Shown here piece after piece: positions 50,494-63,252 of a stretch of 64,000 nucleotides of DNA (position 1 is its first letter; each line of letters opens with the position of its first letter). The stretch is taken from NCBI GenBank assembly GCA_051362555.1, contig CM120644.1:18002534-18066533 (forward strand), given 5' to 3'. The position numbers were made by a program, and so were the translations under genes. Below the pieces are notes generated by a model that was given only the letters and a program-made list of their open reading frames with translations, had not been told where the DNA came from and ran no database searches. The stretch comes from Lingula anatina (lineage: Eukaryota; Animalia; Brachiopoda).

Positions 50494-52116
50494 ATGTAAG
50501 TGTAGAGTCTCTCCATTACTTTACCCTGGGACCTCAGTTTTTATCAAAATGTTATCCAATGCCACCTGAAACGCCAGAGAAAATCTGGGACCACGTTTTC
50601 GGCGCTGATGCTTATCATGTAACAGTAAAGATAATTCCTGAACTTCTCGGTTTGAAGGAAAAAAATTAGGAACACTGTAAAATTAGGATATTACTATTTT
50701 ACTAAATTACTTGCTTTAATGCTGACAAAAGCGATCATTAAAAAACAGCTAAACTTTTTCCGTGCGTACATTTCACTTTGGAATCTGTAAATACCATACC
50801 GATTCATTTTGTGGAGTACCTAGTTTCAATTTAATCATGCCAGTGGTTTGGCCTACGTCATCAGTAACTATAAAGGGAAGATCGAAAGTTTAGGGTGGGT
50901 GGTTGGGTGAATAGACGAATCGGTAACGTGTCAGACTGGGAACTAGAAGATGACAGGATCGAGTCCCACAGTTTTCATTTTGTAGAAAAGAAAAGCGATC
51001 CACGGAGTTTACTATGAAGGTTTCATTTGAACTGTGCGATTTCTCCCTGGCCGATTAGCGTAGTCGGTAACACTTCCGACTTGAAAAAGGACAAGAGAAG
51101 AAGGTGCAAGAGAAGGAGATCGAGTCCAACAAAAATTAAACCGATAAAACTTTTTCTGTGATCATTTATTTGAATTTTTATATATACATCCATTGGAGAA
51201 TGAAATGTGAAGAAAACCTACTGAAATATTACCCCAGGTTGTTTAGATTAATTAATTTTATTTCAACAACATTTTAAACATATGAATGATTCGATAACAG
51301 AATAACAACATTAAATCTGCTACTGAGAGGCATGCTAACATTTGACCTGACATGAACTGATATCAGATTTAGAACTTTAATGTGTCACAAAATAAAGTCT
51401 TACCATGGCATTTCTTAAATCTACGACCAGAATGTACTGAGGAAAATGTATCTTTAATACAATGGCACTCGACTACAATGAGATGGGACTAAATGTAGAC
51501 TACAATAAAATCTTAATAATATGGTGCTTAAAACATGTCGCTCATTTACAAAGTTTTCTTATGTAGTCAATGGATTCAGTTAATCGATAACTGCCTTTTC
51601 TGATAGGCTTCTTAAACAATTGTGACCAACACGATATCGATGGCTTTGGGCTTTCTATTGCGAACATCAAATACACATAAATGGATTTTTATTACTACGT
51701 ACATTGGGTGTTGGGTGTGGTTTCCCTACATTTAACAAACGATTATATATTTCTTTATAATGCGGGCATTACAACGATGGAGCAATTTCATCTTCTAGAC
51801 CTCTGTAGCTCGTAATTCGCATCAAAATTCTTTCTGCCTGGATGAATTCGAGTTTATTACGCCATTCAATTACCATCCAAGAGTAAGGTGACATTGTTTA
51901 AAATACTGCTTGATTAATATATTTGCCTCCACCATTCAAGTTATTTAAGTAGATTTCTAAATGTGCACACTCCTTAAAACTGGGTTTTGTTTTGTACATC
52001 AATACTGTTAAAATTGCACTGCACTTAGAGTTCCGATTGTTGTACATTTACAATTCCAGAATTCGCAGAAAGACACGTGTAAAACACCACTTCAGCTAGC
52101 CAGAGTTGAACAAAGA

Positions 52117-52289
52117 CAGGGGCGGATTCAGAGATATTTTCTGACAGTTTTCTAAATTATCTTTGTTGATCCATCCTCCATTTTCGACAGTCTTCTGACA
52201 GACAAAATTAGATACATGTACCTATCAATGTAAACTTGAAATCTGGCCGTCTTTCAGACGACCCAGAAGACGGCCTCAAACCGCCCCTG
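52117..52289. mobile_element. MITE, CAGGGGCGG family, 5-bp TSD AAAGA
   Basis: AAAGA|CAGGGGCGGATTC...CCGCCCCTG|AAAGA. Confidence 0.88.
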
Positions 52290-52789
52290 AAAGAATAATA
52301 AATAGTTCACTGTTACAATCATGTTCTGCATCACATATATAAATTCAATATTATCTAAGATGATGTGATAATTATAATTAGGAACCGATGTTTTTTACTC
52401 GGGCAGTAAGACCTATTATTTCATGAAGGCAATACCCATGTAACAGGACACAAAACAATTTATGTCTAGAATTCAGACTTTCATATCATCAAACATGCTT
52501 TGAAATCTCAGAACGTTTATCGAATTGATCGTCACTTTTTTGTGGGCCTAAATATAAAAAAAATCAATAAATGAATGTGCCATTCCAACGTTCTGATGTT
52601 ACAAAGGTAGGAATCGAGAAAGCACTATTATTCATACATGATAAGAATTGCCATACATATAAATTTTCTCCATACACATTAAAATAGGTCACCCCTACAA
52701 ATGCAAAACCAAAAAATGGTGAGTAAAATTTTGAACTTCACGCCGGTTGCATTTCAGTTTCATCCCACATGCGTGTATCGTTCGTCTAA

Positions 52790-53015
52790 GGGACCATTCT
52801 TACAGATATTTGGATCGATCTATTTCCATGGGGAGTCTCACTAAATTGCTATCTGCTATCGACTAGGCCGAGCGTACAAGAAAGTAAATTACCCCTCTAG
52901 CTGATTTGGTAGGCGTGACAGACATTTAAGCCTCTTAAGCTGATAGCAATTTAGCATGAACCCCCAGGGAGTTAGGTCGATCCATATGGATCGATCTAGG
53001 CATGGGAACCCAGTC
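52790..53015. mobile_element. Tourist/Harbinger-like MITE (GATCGATC family), TSD TAA
   Basis: TAA|GGGACCATTC...GGGAACCCAGTC|TAA; reverse-orientation relative of 60318-60543. Confidence 0.8.
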
Positions 53016-53257
53016 TAACATGGTGATGTTGATAGCAGATGGTGCTACAGAAGCGCTGTCACTTCTCCTGTGCATCCTTGTCTCCTGCGGGCATTGGCGA
53101 CTGGAATAAGATAGAAATATAACATAAGAACTTTTTAATTTTATTAGATGTCGCCAAACATTTTAAGTATTTCAAGAGCATACAGTAAACCCTCACAATA
53201 TGTAAGAAATGCAAAATTAGTCGGGTATTCCATGTAGATATCTCTCGACTTGCCCAG

Positions 53258-53410
53258 CAGGGCTCCTGAACTCGAAAGTATCGCGCACTGCGAATAGCGA
53301 TATCACATAGAGGCTACAATGTATTATATGGGGCGAGTACGGGCGAGTTATGGAGTCGAGACGCCTGCGCTTGGTCGCAATGCGCGATGCTTTCGAGTTA
53401 CGGGGGCCAG
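53258..53410. mobile_element. MITE, GGGCTCCGTAACTCGA family
   Basis: Close copy of 50342-50493. Confidence 0.8.
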
Positions 53411-54233
53411 GTAAACTGCCCCCCCAATCCCCAACCCTTGTAGTGTGGTGATTACATAATCATCTCGAGCTCAACAGACATGAGGGTACACTTTGAAAAT
53501 GTCCTTCTCACAAGAAGTTGACTTTCCGGCATCCGTTACAGTAATAAAAAAGCAACGTGCATGTCTCACTTACGAGTTGTTGTGTCCACTTCAAGCAAGC
53601 AGCTCTGAATATACCATATTTTCTCCAAGAGAATCACCACCACGTTTCGGAATCTGTGTCCTCCATTACGCTTTCCTGACTACCTATCACTTGGGGTTCG
53701 TTTAATTTGAATAACAATACTATACAGCTGAAGTGGATCGTGGGACAAGGATTGTGTTAGAGAAGACCAAGACCTGGGAAAACACATCGTGCTACAAGCG
53801 CGGCACACGCGGTTTATAATAACAGCTGTTTTTCTGCCATAATACGGAAGGCTGAAAATTTTGCTTCGTTTTGTCTCGTTTCGTTGGTTAAACGTTTTTT
53901 CTTGGTACGAAGGGGGGGGGGGGGGGGGGATGAGAAGGAAAAGAAGGGGGGAAATGAACCCTCCATCGTACCCGTCTTTGCAGTGAATGACCAAGTCAAA
54001 GGAAAACAAAATATCGACAGCTTTCATGTTCTTATGATTTTATTATATCTTTTCAGTTTTAATAAATACAGTGTGCTGTTGTTTAACTAAAAGAAGCTTT
54101 ATATACAGGTCGAAGCAATTAGTTTCAATAAAAAAAAAAAAAAAAGATGGCAGAAAATATTGGAGGGCGCAGTTATCTACCATCTGGATGTCAACACACT
54201 TCAACATGCGCCCAGTATTTTTTGGTAGTATCC

Positions 54234-54399
54234 CAGGCCCGTAGCCAGGGGGGTTCGGGGGGTTCGAAAGAACCACCCCTTTTGCTGGGAAAAGGTCCAC
54301 TCTGGTTAAAATTTAATCTAGGTACATGTAGTTTTTATGGGAAAAGGTCCACTTTTTCAAAAAAAGAACCCCCCTTTAAAATTGCTGGCTACGGGCCTG
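54234..54399. mobile_element. MITE, CAGGCCCGTAGC family, 5-bp TSD TATCC
   Basis: TATCC|CAGGCCCGTAGCCAG...CTGGCTACGGGCCTG|TATCC. Confidence 0.88.
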
Positions 54400-55400
54400 T
54401 ATCCTGTACTCAGAACACCAAGAGAGAAATATTTATGACGTTGAAAATCTTACTCATACCAGCACGTTTCAGCTCAAGAATGTTTCAAACTAAAAATGAA
54501 CGGCTTGTCTCACTCCCTTAGCCCACTGACATCATCTAGATTAAAGACATTTTATTTTAGTCTCACCCTTAAGAAAATACCATTATCATTACATCCGATA
54601 AGGAGATTTTAGCATTCACTTGTCTTCGTACCAGTAAGAAGTGCTAAACGATGTCATTGTCAACTAGAGCAGACAAAATTTCCCAATATCCCGAACTTGA
54701 CAATTGAATTCCTCACTGCAGCACTAAATTTACCATCGCAATTCAGCAAAACCCGGAGTTAAGATGTACTAAAGGTACTTATCGCCTGCTTGTTATCACC
54801 CTTAAACTTGGTGTGCCATGTACAGTGGTGAAGGTGAGAAACACGTTAAGGAAATATCTATCTGCTCCTTAGTTGATAATTACTTTGTTCACCGTTGCTT
54901 ATGCATGCAAGTAATATCAATGCACTGCTCACTAAAGCCTGGATGTTAGCAGTATACTATCGTGGGAGTAGCAGAGGATTATCTGCGAAAGGAACACAAC
55001 AGGAAGTCGTTCGTGTGTCCTATAAATGTATCAAATAGGCCACCAAAATCTGTTGAAATAGAGCAGTTAGAAAGTTTATTCCATGAAAACATGCAGTTCC
55101 CAAAAATCGCCCAGCAGTGTCAAGATATAATGTATAACTGCTAATGGACATAAAATGCAACAGTAAACATTTACATTCTGGATGTACAAATAAAGGTATT
55201 TAGAAGCAAGAAGCTCTTCAATTTAATCAGATGTCTATAAAATGTTTTGATTTCCTGAATAGTTTCGGCTGAATAAATTTGCAGCCACAGTGCCTCTGTT
55301 AATTCTGAAATGAAACAGCCTGGCACCTTTGAAACGTAATAATTTGGGATGTTCCATTGCTGGGTTGTGTGTAGAAAAATAGAACACATGTAACGTCATA

Positions 55401-55628
55401 GAGTGCATTCCTATAAATAGATTTAGAGCGATCCATCTAGATCGACCTATCTCCCTGGGGGTTCACGCTAAATTGCTGTTAGCCGAGCGCGCACGGTAGT
55501 TAATTACCCCCTTACAGCTTTTAGTTAATTACCCCCTTACAGCTTACATTTAAGCCGGCTAAGCTGACAGTAATCAAGTGAGACTCCCCACAGGGATAGA
55601 TCGATCTAGAATCTGTGGGAATGGGGTC
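55401..55628. mobile_element. Tourist-like MITE (GATCGATC family), flanked by ATA
   Basis: Similar to 60318-60543 along its length; carries a small internal duplication of TAGTTAATTACCCCCTTACAGCTT. Confidence 0.78.
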
Positions 55629-55968
55629 ATAGTTTCAGTGTAAATATAAATGTAAGTTGATGTGTGAAAAACAATTGGGGTTTCAATTCATATTTGGTCG
55701 ATTGAATTGCTTTTTAGTTATGACTTATATCGCAGTGGTCTTCAGTAAAGTGTGTAACATCAAACTTTAATACATACTGGTAAAGCACAATTCTGGTATA
55801 GCTGTCAGAGAAAAGGTCTAAACTGTGAAGAACCCAAGAAGTAAATCTATTTGAATTTGCAATGAAATTTTAAGACACTGTCTGCACACTTTAGGGAAAG
55901 GACCTATCATAGTCTTCAGATATACACAGTATATAGGGTAATTTTATGTACAGTGTAAATGTTTGCCT

Positions 55969-58900
55969 CTAAATATGCATTTGGATATCACTGTGATTGG
56001 TCCTACGTTTGATTTCAGAGAATTCAACGGGCGACTCGTTTCTTTGTGCGCCTCCACGTGGACTTGTGCTTGGCTGAAGCTTGGCAGCGGGGGCGTCATC
56101 GCGTTGTGGAGGGTTTTGTAGAATGCTTGCCGACTGCTCGCATATGAAGATGTCATTTTGAGTCATTTTGAATAAAAGGACTTCGTTGTCTTGCATCTTT
56201 TGAACGGCACTGAAGATATATGGAAAATGATACTCGGAATTAAGTGATATGATTTCGACAAATAACCAAAAGAATAAGTATTTTTCAAAATTAACTTCGG
56301 GCGCCATAGGATCAAGATATATCGATGTCTAGACTGTCCTCAAAATTGACATTTATGCCCTGTCAAAGACAGTTAGTACTAAGAGGCTTATTGAGAAGTC
56401 AATTGTTTTCGTAGCATGAATAAATAACTGCACTCTTCTGAATTATGCGTACATCTGAAATGGATTCTTTGCCGTTAAATCTTCAAAACTCACCTCAACG
56501 TGACCGAGAGCTTAGCATCCTTCAACGGTGCAACTTTACCGTCAACGAGGTGAACCACTCGCAGAAGCTGCCAGAAATTCTCTCTGAAGTCCCTGTTCAA
56601 CAGCCCGCAAGCGACAGGCGTGAAGACACAGAAACTTTTAGCAAACATGGTCGGCATGACGACAAGGACTGGCGGCAGAGGGAAGTGAATGCTCCAGAAG
56701 GTGAAGATGGCGTATGGGGACCAGGCTAATAAATAGCAAAGCACCAGCGCAGCACACATCTGAAAGCCAGTACAAAAATTGCTTGAGAGTAAATAGGTAA
56801 AAATGTTCATCAGCTTGGTATTCTAATATAAATCATAGGCTGCAGAACAGTGGACTAACTAGTCCGCGGATCAAATATGGCCGACCCACTTGAATACTTC
56901 CCCACAGGGAATTTACTCAGTATTTATAAGCGGATTAGACGACAAGCTTTATAGTTGGCCGCCATATTTGACCCGCGGACTAGTGAGTCCACTGTTCTGA
57001 AAGCGGCTTCAGAGCGCATTCAGAACAGGGAATCCGAGGGTCTACTGATCCACGAGTCAAATATGGCGGACATTTACGAAAGATGAGCCGACTAATCCGC
57101 TGATGGTGTCCCCGCCTCCACACTCGCCGTCGTTGCAGGGGCCTAGAAATTAAACCTCGGAGCCGTAACTTTATCCGTTTAGTGACGCATGTGGAGGCAG
57201 GGAGACTCCTAATAAACCCGCTGAAGACATAAAGTGCATTTGAAAAAAAGTTCCAACAACATCCAGCGTTTGATAATGAAAATGTTCCCCTAAGGCCCAT
57301 TGTGCTTTCCTTGCTTATTCAAATGCCTATTTTCAAATCATTTGATATGTAATATATCTCTGCTTTTTCGTCACATTTATCACGTTAATACATAATATCA
57401 CCCCAAGTTCATTCCCTTTAAAACCCGGGCTCCGTACCTCGAAAGGTTCGCTATGTTGCACACGTGCGCAAGTGTCTCGATTCCATAACCGATTCTATTT
57501 CGAGATACGGGGCCATGGAATCGAGACGCTTGCGCACGTGCGCAACATAGCGAACCTTTCGAGATACGGAGCCCCGTATTACTTTCCCAATTAGTGCAGT
57601 GATTCTCAGTAGTTCTGGTGCAAATTTTAACGTCCTTTGCAAACATTTAGTCGTCGTTGTTTATAACTCAGAGAACGTTGGCGTGATATGCGCCTAGATT
57701 GCAGAACTAATATGGCACAACGCAATTGCGAACATACAGAAATGATTTTGTTTTTCAAGGACTAATATGTGGGCTTAAAAAATGCACCACAAATGAACGC
57801 AAATGTCATTTTCTTAAAATAATTCTTTGTTGGTGTACGCCCTGTACGTGATACATGTATCTATTAATAAATACAGGTGTTTTTGAAAAACGAAATGGAA
57901 TCCTATGAAGAGTGTGCCTTCTTTGTTAAAACGATCACGAAATATTATTTTGAAAATGGGGTTTGAAAAGGATGAGTAATTAACCGTGAACGCGTACTTA
58001 CCACTGTGTTCTTCCTCTGACCAGAGATATGTTTCTGCAGCAACAGACGGCTCGTATTTGTATTCAAAGAGGATTTCTTGAGACCCTTGGTGGATTTTGT
58101 CATTTGCATGAGAACCTATTAAAAGAAGAATTGATGAGTGCTGTACTTTTTGTAAAAATTGCATTTAAATACGTTGTACAGATAAACGTGACCTGATTGG
58201 TATATGAAAAAAAAAAAAGAAAAAAGTTTCGATTGTAAGAATGGTTACAATATATAGTAGTAGATGGAATCATGAGAAAAAAATGACGTAATCAGAATTC
58301 TAGATTTTCAATTCTAAAAACATGGTTTTCATTTTAGCGGCATTTCATGTGCGCCCAGCTAGCATGTAATGTTAACAGTAATAATGACATTTTTGCCCAC
58401 GTATTCTTACCTTTATATAACAAAATACAATCACAATTATGTGAATAGCAAAGCTGAAGAAGAAGGACGAGTATATGTAAGTCACGTCAATCAGGTCTCG
58501 ACTTTCCCAGTTAAGACTGCAAGATACACCAAAACTTTCATAAGTGTATTTGGACCAGCCGAATAGCGGCAGTGAAGTCCAAAAGAGGGCGTACAACCAA
58601 GACGCCGCCAAAGCAAAGCACCGTATCCCTGGTGACTGACGAGGATCCAAGAAATATCCTGAAAATAGAATAAAAGAAATGCGGAAATGGACAAGGTCAG
58701 AAACAATTCCATTATAATACGCAAAATACCAGATTTTTATAAAAGAGTGCCTGGCAAGAAAAAAGAAAACACCCATCAATGATACAGGTATATCTGCAGG
58801 GGCGGATCCAGAGATATTTTCTGACAGTCTTCCAAATTATCTTTGTTGTTCCAGCCTTCATTTTTGAACGTCTTTCGACAGAAAAAATTAGATACACGTA

Positions 58901-59374
58901 AATGAAAACTTAAAAATCTGACCGTCTTCCAGAAGACCCAGAAGACGGCCTAAACCCGCCCCTGATCTGCAATCAGTTTATCTTTACAATAATTTACCAT
59001 TTGGTAAAAGCAATATCGCGTGCTTATACATGTATTTGATTATGTGGAATTCAAAATTATGACAGGTACATTTAACTTACTAAGGTGTGGCTTGCAGACT
59101 TCAATATATCTGTACACACTGATGACTACGTGGATGTTGGAGCAGACGAGAGCGAAAAAGTAGCAGAGAAAGGCGGCAAGGACACACCCGTAGTCGCCAA
59201 ACACCCATGTGCCGGCAAACGCTGAGACGGTGAACATCACGTGACCGGATGCTGTTAATGCTATCCCGGCAATGGCTAGATGCGTAATGAGATGCGCGTG
59301 GAGCTTCCGGGAAAACTTCTGGCTCTTCTTGCATGTGGCCAGGCAGACGATGTTTCCAAACAGGGCTCCTATTG
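55969..59374 (-). CDS. Opsin, Go-opsin-like (Group 4/tetraopsin), 5' partial; exons 59374 (or 59368)-59081, 58658-58411, 58115-58002, 56759-56494, 56209-55969
   Basis: Phase-consistent exons give a 7TM class A GPCR: GN (TM1), WVFGDYGC, ISVYRY, LPLFGWSKYTYESFGVSCSLNW (E181 and C187 equivalents), AWSPYA, and retinal-binding Lys in PTMFAKS. PTxFAKxxC and YRY resemble molluscan Go-opsins as I recall them; subfamily assignment needs phylogeny. Confidence 0.88.
56843..56999. mobile_element. Palindromic MITE with ~40-bp TIRs in opsin intron
   Basis: CAGAACAGTGGACTAACTAGTCCGCGGATCAAATATGGC / GCCATATTTGACCCGCGGACTAGTGAGTCCACTGTTCTG. Confidence 0.85.
57425..57576. mobile_element. Almost fully palindromic MITE (~60-bp arms)
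   Basis: GGGCTCCGTACCTCGAAAGGTTCGCTATGTTGCACACGTGCGCAAG... mirrored by ...CTTGCGCACGTGCGCAACATAGCGAACCTTTCGAGATACGGAGCCC. Confidence 0.87.
58797..58964. mobile_element. MITE, CAGGGGCGG family, 5-bp TSD ATCTG
   Basis: ATCTG|CAGGGGCGGATCC...CCGCCCCTG|ATCTG. Confidence 0.88.
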
Positions 59375-60317
59375 CTTAAATATAAAGAAAAAAAATATGT
59401 AGATTAGTTTAAATAGGACGGGACGGGCATTAGAACGAAAATGTTCATTAGCTTGGTAGTTGGAACACAGATGGTAATTATTCAGCACAAGCTGAAAATT
59501 TTCTATACCGATCGCTTGCGGCCAACCTAAATGGGACATACATGTAGTAGCGTTTATGTCCATGTTTGTAAGTACAGGTATGAAGAATGCAATAAAACAG
59601 TGGTTATGTCGCCAATCCTTCTTCTTTCCCAGACACCCACACGAATGGTCATCTGTAGATTAAATACTGAACCTAATCTTTTTATATAAACTGCGTCATT
59701 TTGCAGCAGACACCGCAGCTATTACTTATTTGCATAGCAGGTACGCATCATGTTTATCTGATTGCCACGCTTTTATTAGAAGGAAGATCTATTGAACGCG
59801 TTTAACCTTGACGAACAGGTGTCTGGCGATCAATCGGAAATAACGTATGTTGCATACCTTAGTTGTCAGTCTATTATCTATCATTTGTGTTTATCAACTC
59901 GGTAGACACACGGCTTTGCGTAAACGTAATGACTTTTTGCTAAGACGTTGATCAACAAAGATTTCATACTGAGTTAATTGTAAGTCACCATTAAATATGC
60001 GCTGTTGATTCAATGTTCAATATAAGTTCAGGTTAAGTACATGTACGGCATTGTTTCAACCTTGAACCGTGGACACGTAAAATCATGCGGATCCCTTTCC
60101 ATATTCTTGCCATGGCATTGTAAAGCTGAGCAATTGCATTTGTAAAGTAAGTTTTGAGAAGCATTACATGCACGAAGCTATACCTAATTTTGTCATCTGT
60201 GTATTGTGGTCAACTTGAAACACTGGTTTAAAACAGAACCTATTTTGCAGATTGCCACGACGTCTTGACAAATCCTTTCTTCCCTTTTTTAAGGTCGTGG
60301 CATTATATCGTACATAA

Positions 60318-60543
60318 GACTGGGTTCCCATAGATTTAGATCGATCTAATCGGATCGACCTAACTCCTTGGGGATTCACGCTAAATTGCTGTCAGGTTCC
60401 GAGAGCCGAGCGCACACGGAAGTTAATTACCCCCTTACAGCTTTTAGTAGGCGGGACAGACATTTAAGCCGGTCAGGCTGACAACAATCTAGTGAGACTC
60501 CCCACGGGGATAGATCGATCTAAAAATATATGGGAATGCACTC
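60318..60543. mobile_element. Tourist/Harbinger-like MITE (GATCGATC family), TSD TAA
   Basis: TAA|GACTGGGTTCCCATA...TATGGGAATGCACTC|TAA. Confidence 0.82.
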
Positions 60544-61466
60544 TAAGACAGTTTAGTTTTAAGGATTATGTGTCCCTAGGTGATACCAGAGAAGAAAAAG
60601 ACCGCGTGGGTCACGACTTCTCCAAGCCAATCTTAGAGTAATTACTCGACACCTGCTAGTTTATGGTCAATTTCTCAAAATCATCATTCCTCAATAGGTA
60701 TCGTAAATGCATCATTTACTGAGTTTACCTGTCAAATCGCAGTCAGCTGAGGCTTGCTGATACTTAGTTTAGTCCTTTTATCTCTCTCTGTTCATTTTGT
60801 TCGGTTTAATTAAGAATAATATGTTTTTTTGTGGGGGAAAATACATATGCCACGGTAAAATGAAGGGAATATATATAAATACATAAATGCCGATAGACAT
60901 TGAAAGACGGAAGGGGGTTGGGGTAGGGGTTGGGGTAAATTAAAAAAAAATTAAGAAAGAAAAAACTTTGCAAACTAAAAAATATGAAAGGTGAATCAAT
61001 CTGCCTAAGTTCATATTTCAGTGGTTAATATCACGTAGCTTGCGGTGATTTATGATAGTGGCGATTGAATGTCTTCCTTGCGCGTTACGTTTTAATATGC
61101 CTATTCTTTTCCAGTGAATGAAAAATAAAAAATGTCCATGCAAGTCAAGCAGAGATAAATGATCGTGCAGCTAACGGATTCCGTAGCGAAAAGTTATTAA
61201 TACTAAGGAAGCCTTTTTTAACGCACTTTTCCCCGACTTACTCAGTGACAGATAAGTTGCATTAGCGAGATGCAGGCCATCTTGTCAATTGTAAAACATC
61301 AACTATTTTTTCCTGTTTATACAGTTGAATTTCAAAACTTCTGGGAATTCAACTTTATCTCCAACTTATTTCTGTCTTTTTTTTTTTGTTTTGATGGTGG
61401 AATCCCCAGTTTTCTTTGACACTCAGAGTGTTAGTATTCGATACATACAAGAGCTTTACAGTAATG

Positions 61467-61689
61467 TAAAACCTCCTTTACACTGGACGGCGTCCTTTCT
61501 GCGTCTTCTGAGCGACTATGGAACTGGCATCGCCATTGTCGTAGAAAGGAGGCACAAGCATTGCTTTGGTTGCAGCATGAATGCTCAATGATCGGTCAGT
61601 TGTCGGCACGTAAAGTATTTTTTTTACTCTCAAACAGGGCCGTACTACGGGACGCACGAAGGACGTTGTCCAATGTAAAGGGGGTTTAA
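61467..61689. mobile_element. MITE with AAACCTCCTTTACACTGGAC inverted termini
   Basis: TAAAACCTCCTTTACACTGGACGGCGTCCTT / AAGGACGTTGTCCAATGTAAAGGGGGTTTAA. Confidence 0.75.
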
Positions 61690-63185
61690 CTGATTCACTG
61701 CAATATCGTCTTTTGCTTTGAATGCATTCATCGGAGTCTGTATTCTGAATACGATGCGTTACGCAAATTTTTCTTCTTTTATTAATTCTGCATTTTTTGT
61801 TTGGTATTCTAGCGTTGGTATAAAATTCCAATGAAACATGACACATGCGTTATTGAGTGACGCACACGTCTGTTTGGATTAAGAAAACTCCGTCAACCAG
61901 ATATCTCTCACGAATCATTGCTTTAGCGCACCGACTAATAAGGTACAGAACTAATAAGGTACAGAGACATGGTATCTATTTCATCACCTAGGAGATTGTA
62001 TATTGCCAATTATTTAGGAACAAGAAATACTTATAATTACGTTAACTGCGGGTGTTTTTCTCGCCTCCGTGACTGTCTACCGATAATAATCTTGATATTG
62101 ATTCCTTCAGCAGCTACGTGCTTGAGAATTTATCCCACACGACAATGGTGTCACGAATTATTGCGCATCCTGCAGTCATACGATATTATCTATTCTTAAA
62201 AAGCTCAAGTTAATAACTTTCGATTTTTTTCTCTATTTAAGGGTGTTGATTATGATGCAGGATGTTCAAGATCAATCAAAAGATTCTCTTGGAATGCAAA
62301 ACACAAAACACACAAAAATTAATTGCGATGCACGCAGCGCAGTTTTTTTTCTCACGGCAAGGCCATATGAATTAAGGACCACACCACAACAAACCTTTGC
62401 AAAAACCGCAAATGCCATTATTAGTTGATTGATAAACAACCCGATGAGGGTCAATAAATAACAATTATTTACCCGCGGATATATCTAGCTTTGAGGGTTT
62501 TCAGAAGTCTTGCAAGTCTGGAAATGAAAAAAGCCGCTGATCATGAGGCGTCATTCTTTAGTGCTATTCATCAGACGGCTTAAAATATGTACTATAACCT
62601 TTTCCAACTATGCAGAAGTCTCTACTGCAAGCCTGTCATTCAATTGAGTGATACAAAATAGCCTACAGACAAGGGACGTGTAAAATATATAACGCACTTG
62701 CAAATTCTACCAGTTTGTTCTGATGACAGCTATTTCAGTGTGTTCATGGAATTAAGACACTTTCCTAAAACGCTTCCGTTATCCGTTTATATATTTATTT
62801 CACAATGCCCTTTAATAACCTGTATTCTTTAAAGCGCTTGGGCCTTCAGACGGTGTAGTCTAGCAGTGAAAGCTTTATACAATGTACAAGCGCTCCTGTC
62901 AAATACTTCATGTAGGCTATAAATTGTCTTTGAAACTTGTCCAGATGAATTAATAGTGTTTTTTCATATGCAGTTTTACTATCATAATCCCAACTGATTG
63001 TAAAACTCTCTTTTTTTCTGTATATGCCGTACATTGAGGGTTTTTTGTTGAACAAAACTGTGTAAAACTGCTGTCGATACAATTATAAGGATCGTACCAG
63101 CTGAACAGTCTATTTGTTACTTTTAAAAAAATGATAATAAAACTTATGAAATAATGATAAATAAAGCAAATTTACAACAGCAATT

Positions 63186-63187
63186 AA

Positions 63188-63250
<63 letters not shown>

Positions 63251-63252
63251 AT
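63186..63252. repeat. (AAAT)n microsatellite
   Basis: About 16 units, directly visible. Confidence 0.96.

Noticed and set aside
61242-61312. Candidate first opsin exon (DGLHLANATYLSL|GTAAGT)
   Set aside because: It resembles a TM1 start and is phase 1, but has an in-frame TGA just upstream and no ATG. It cannot be supported without transcripts, and the true exon may lie outside the window.
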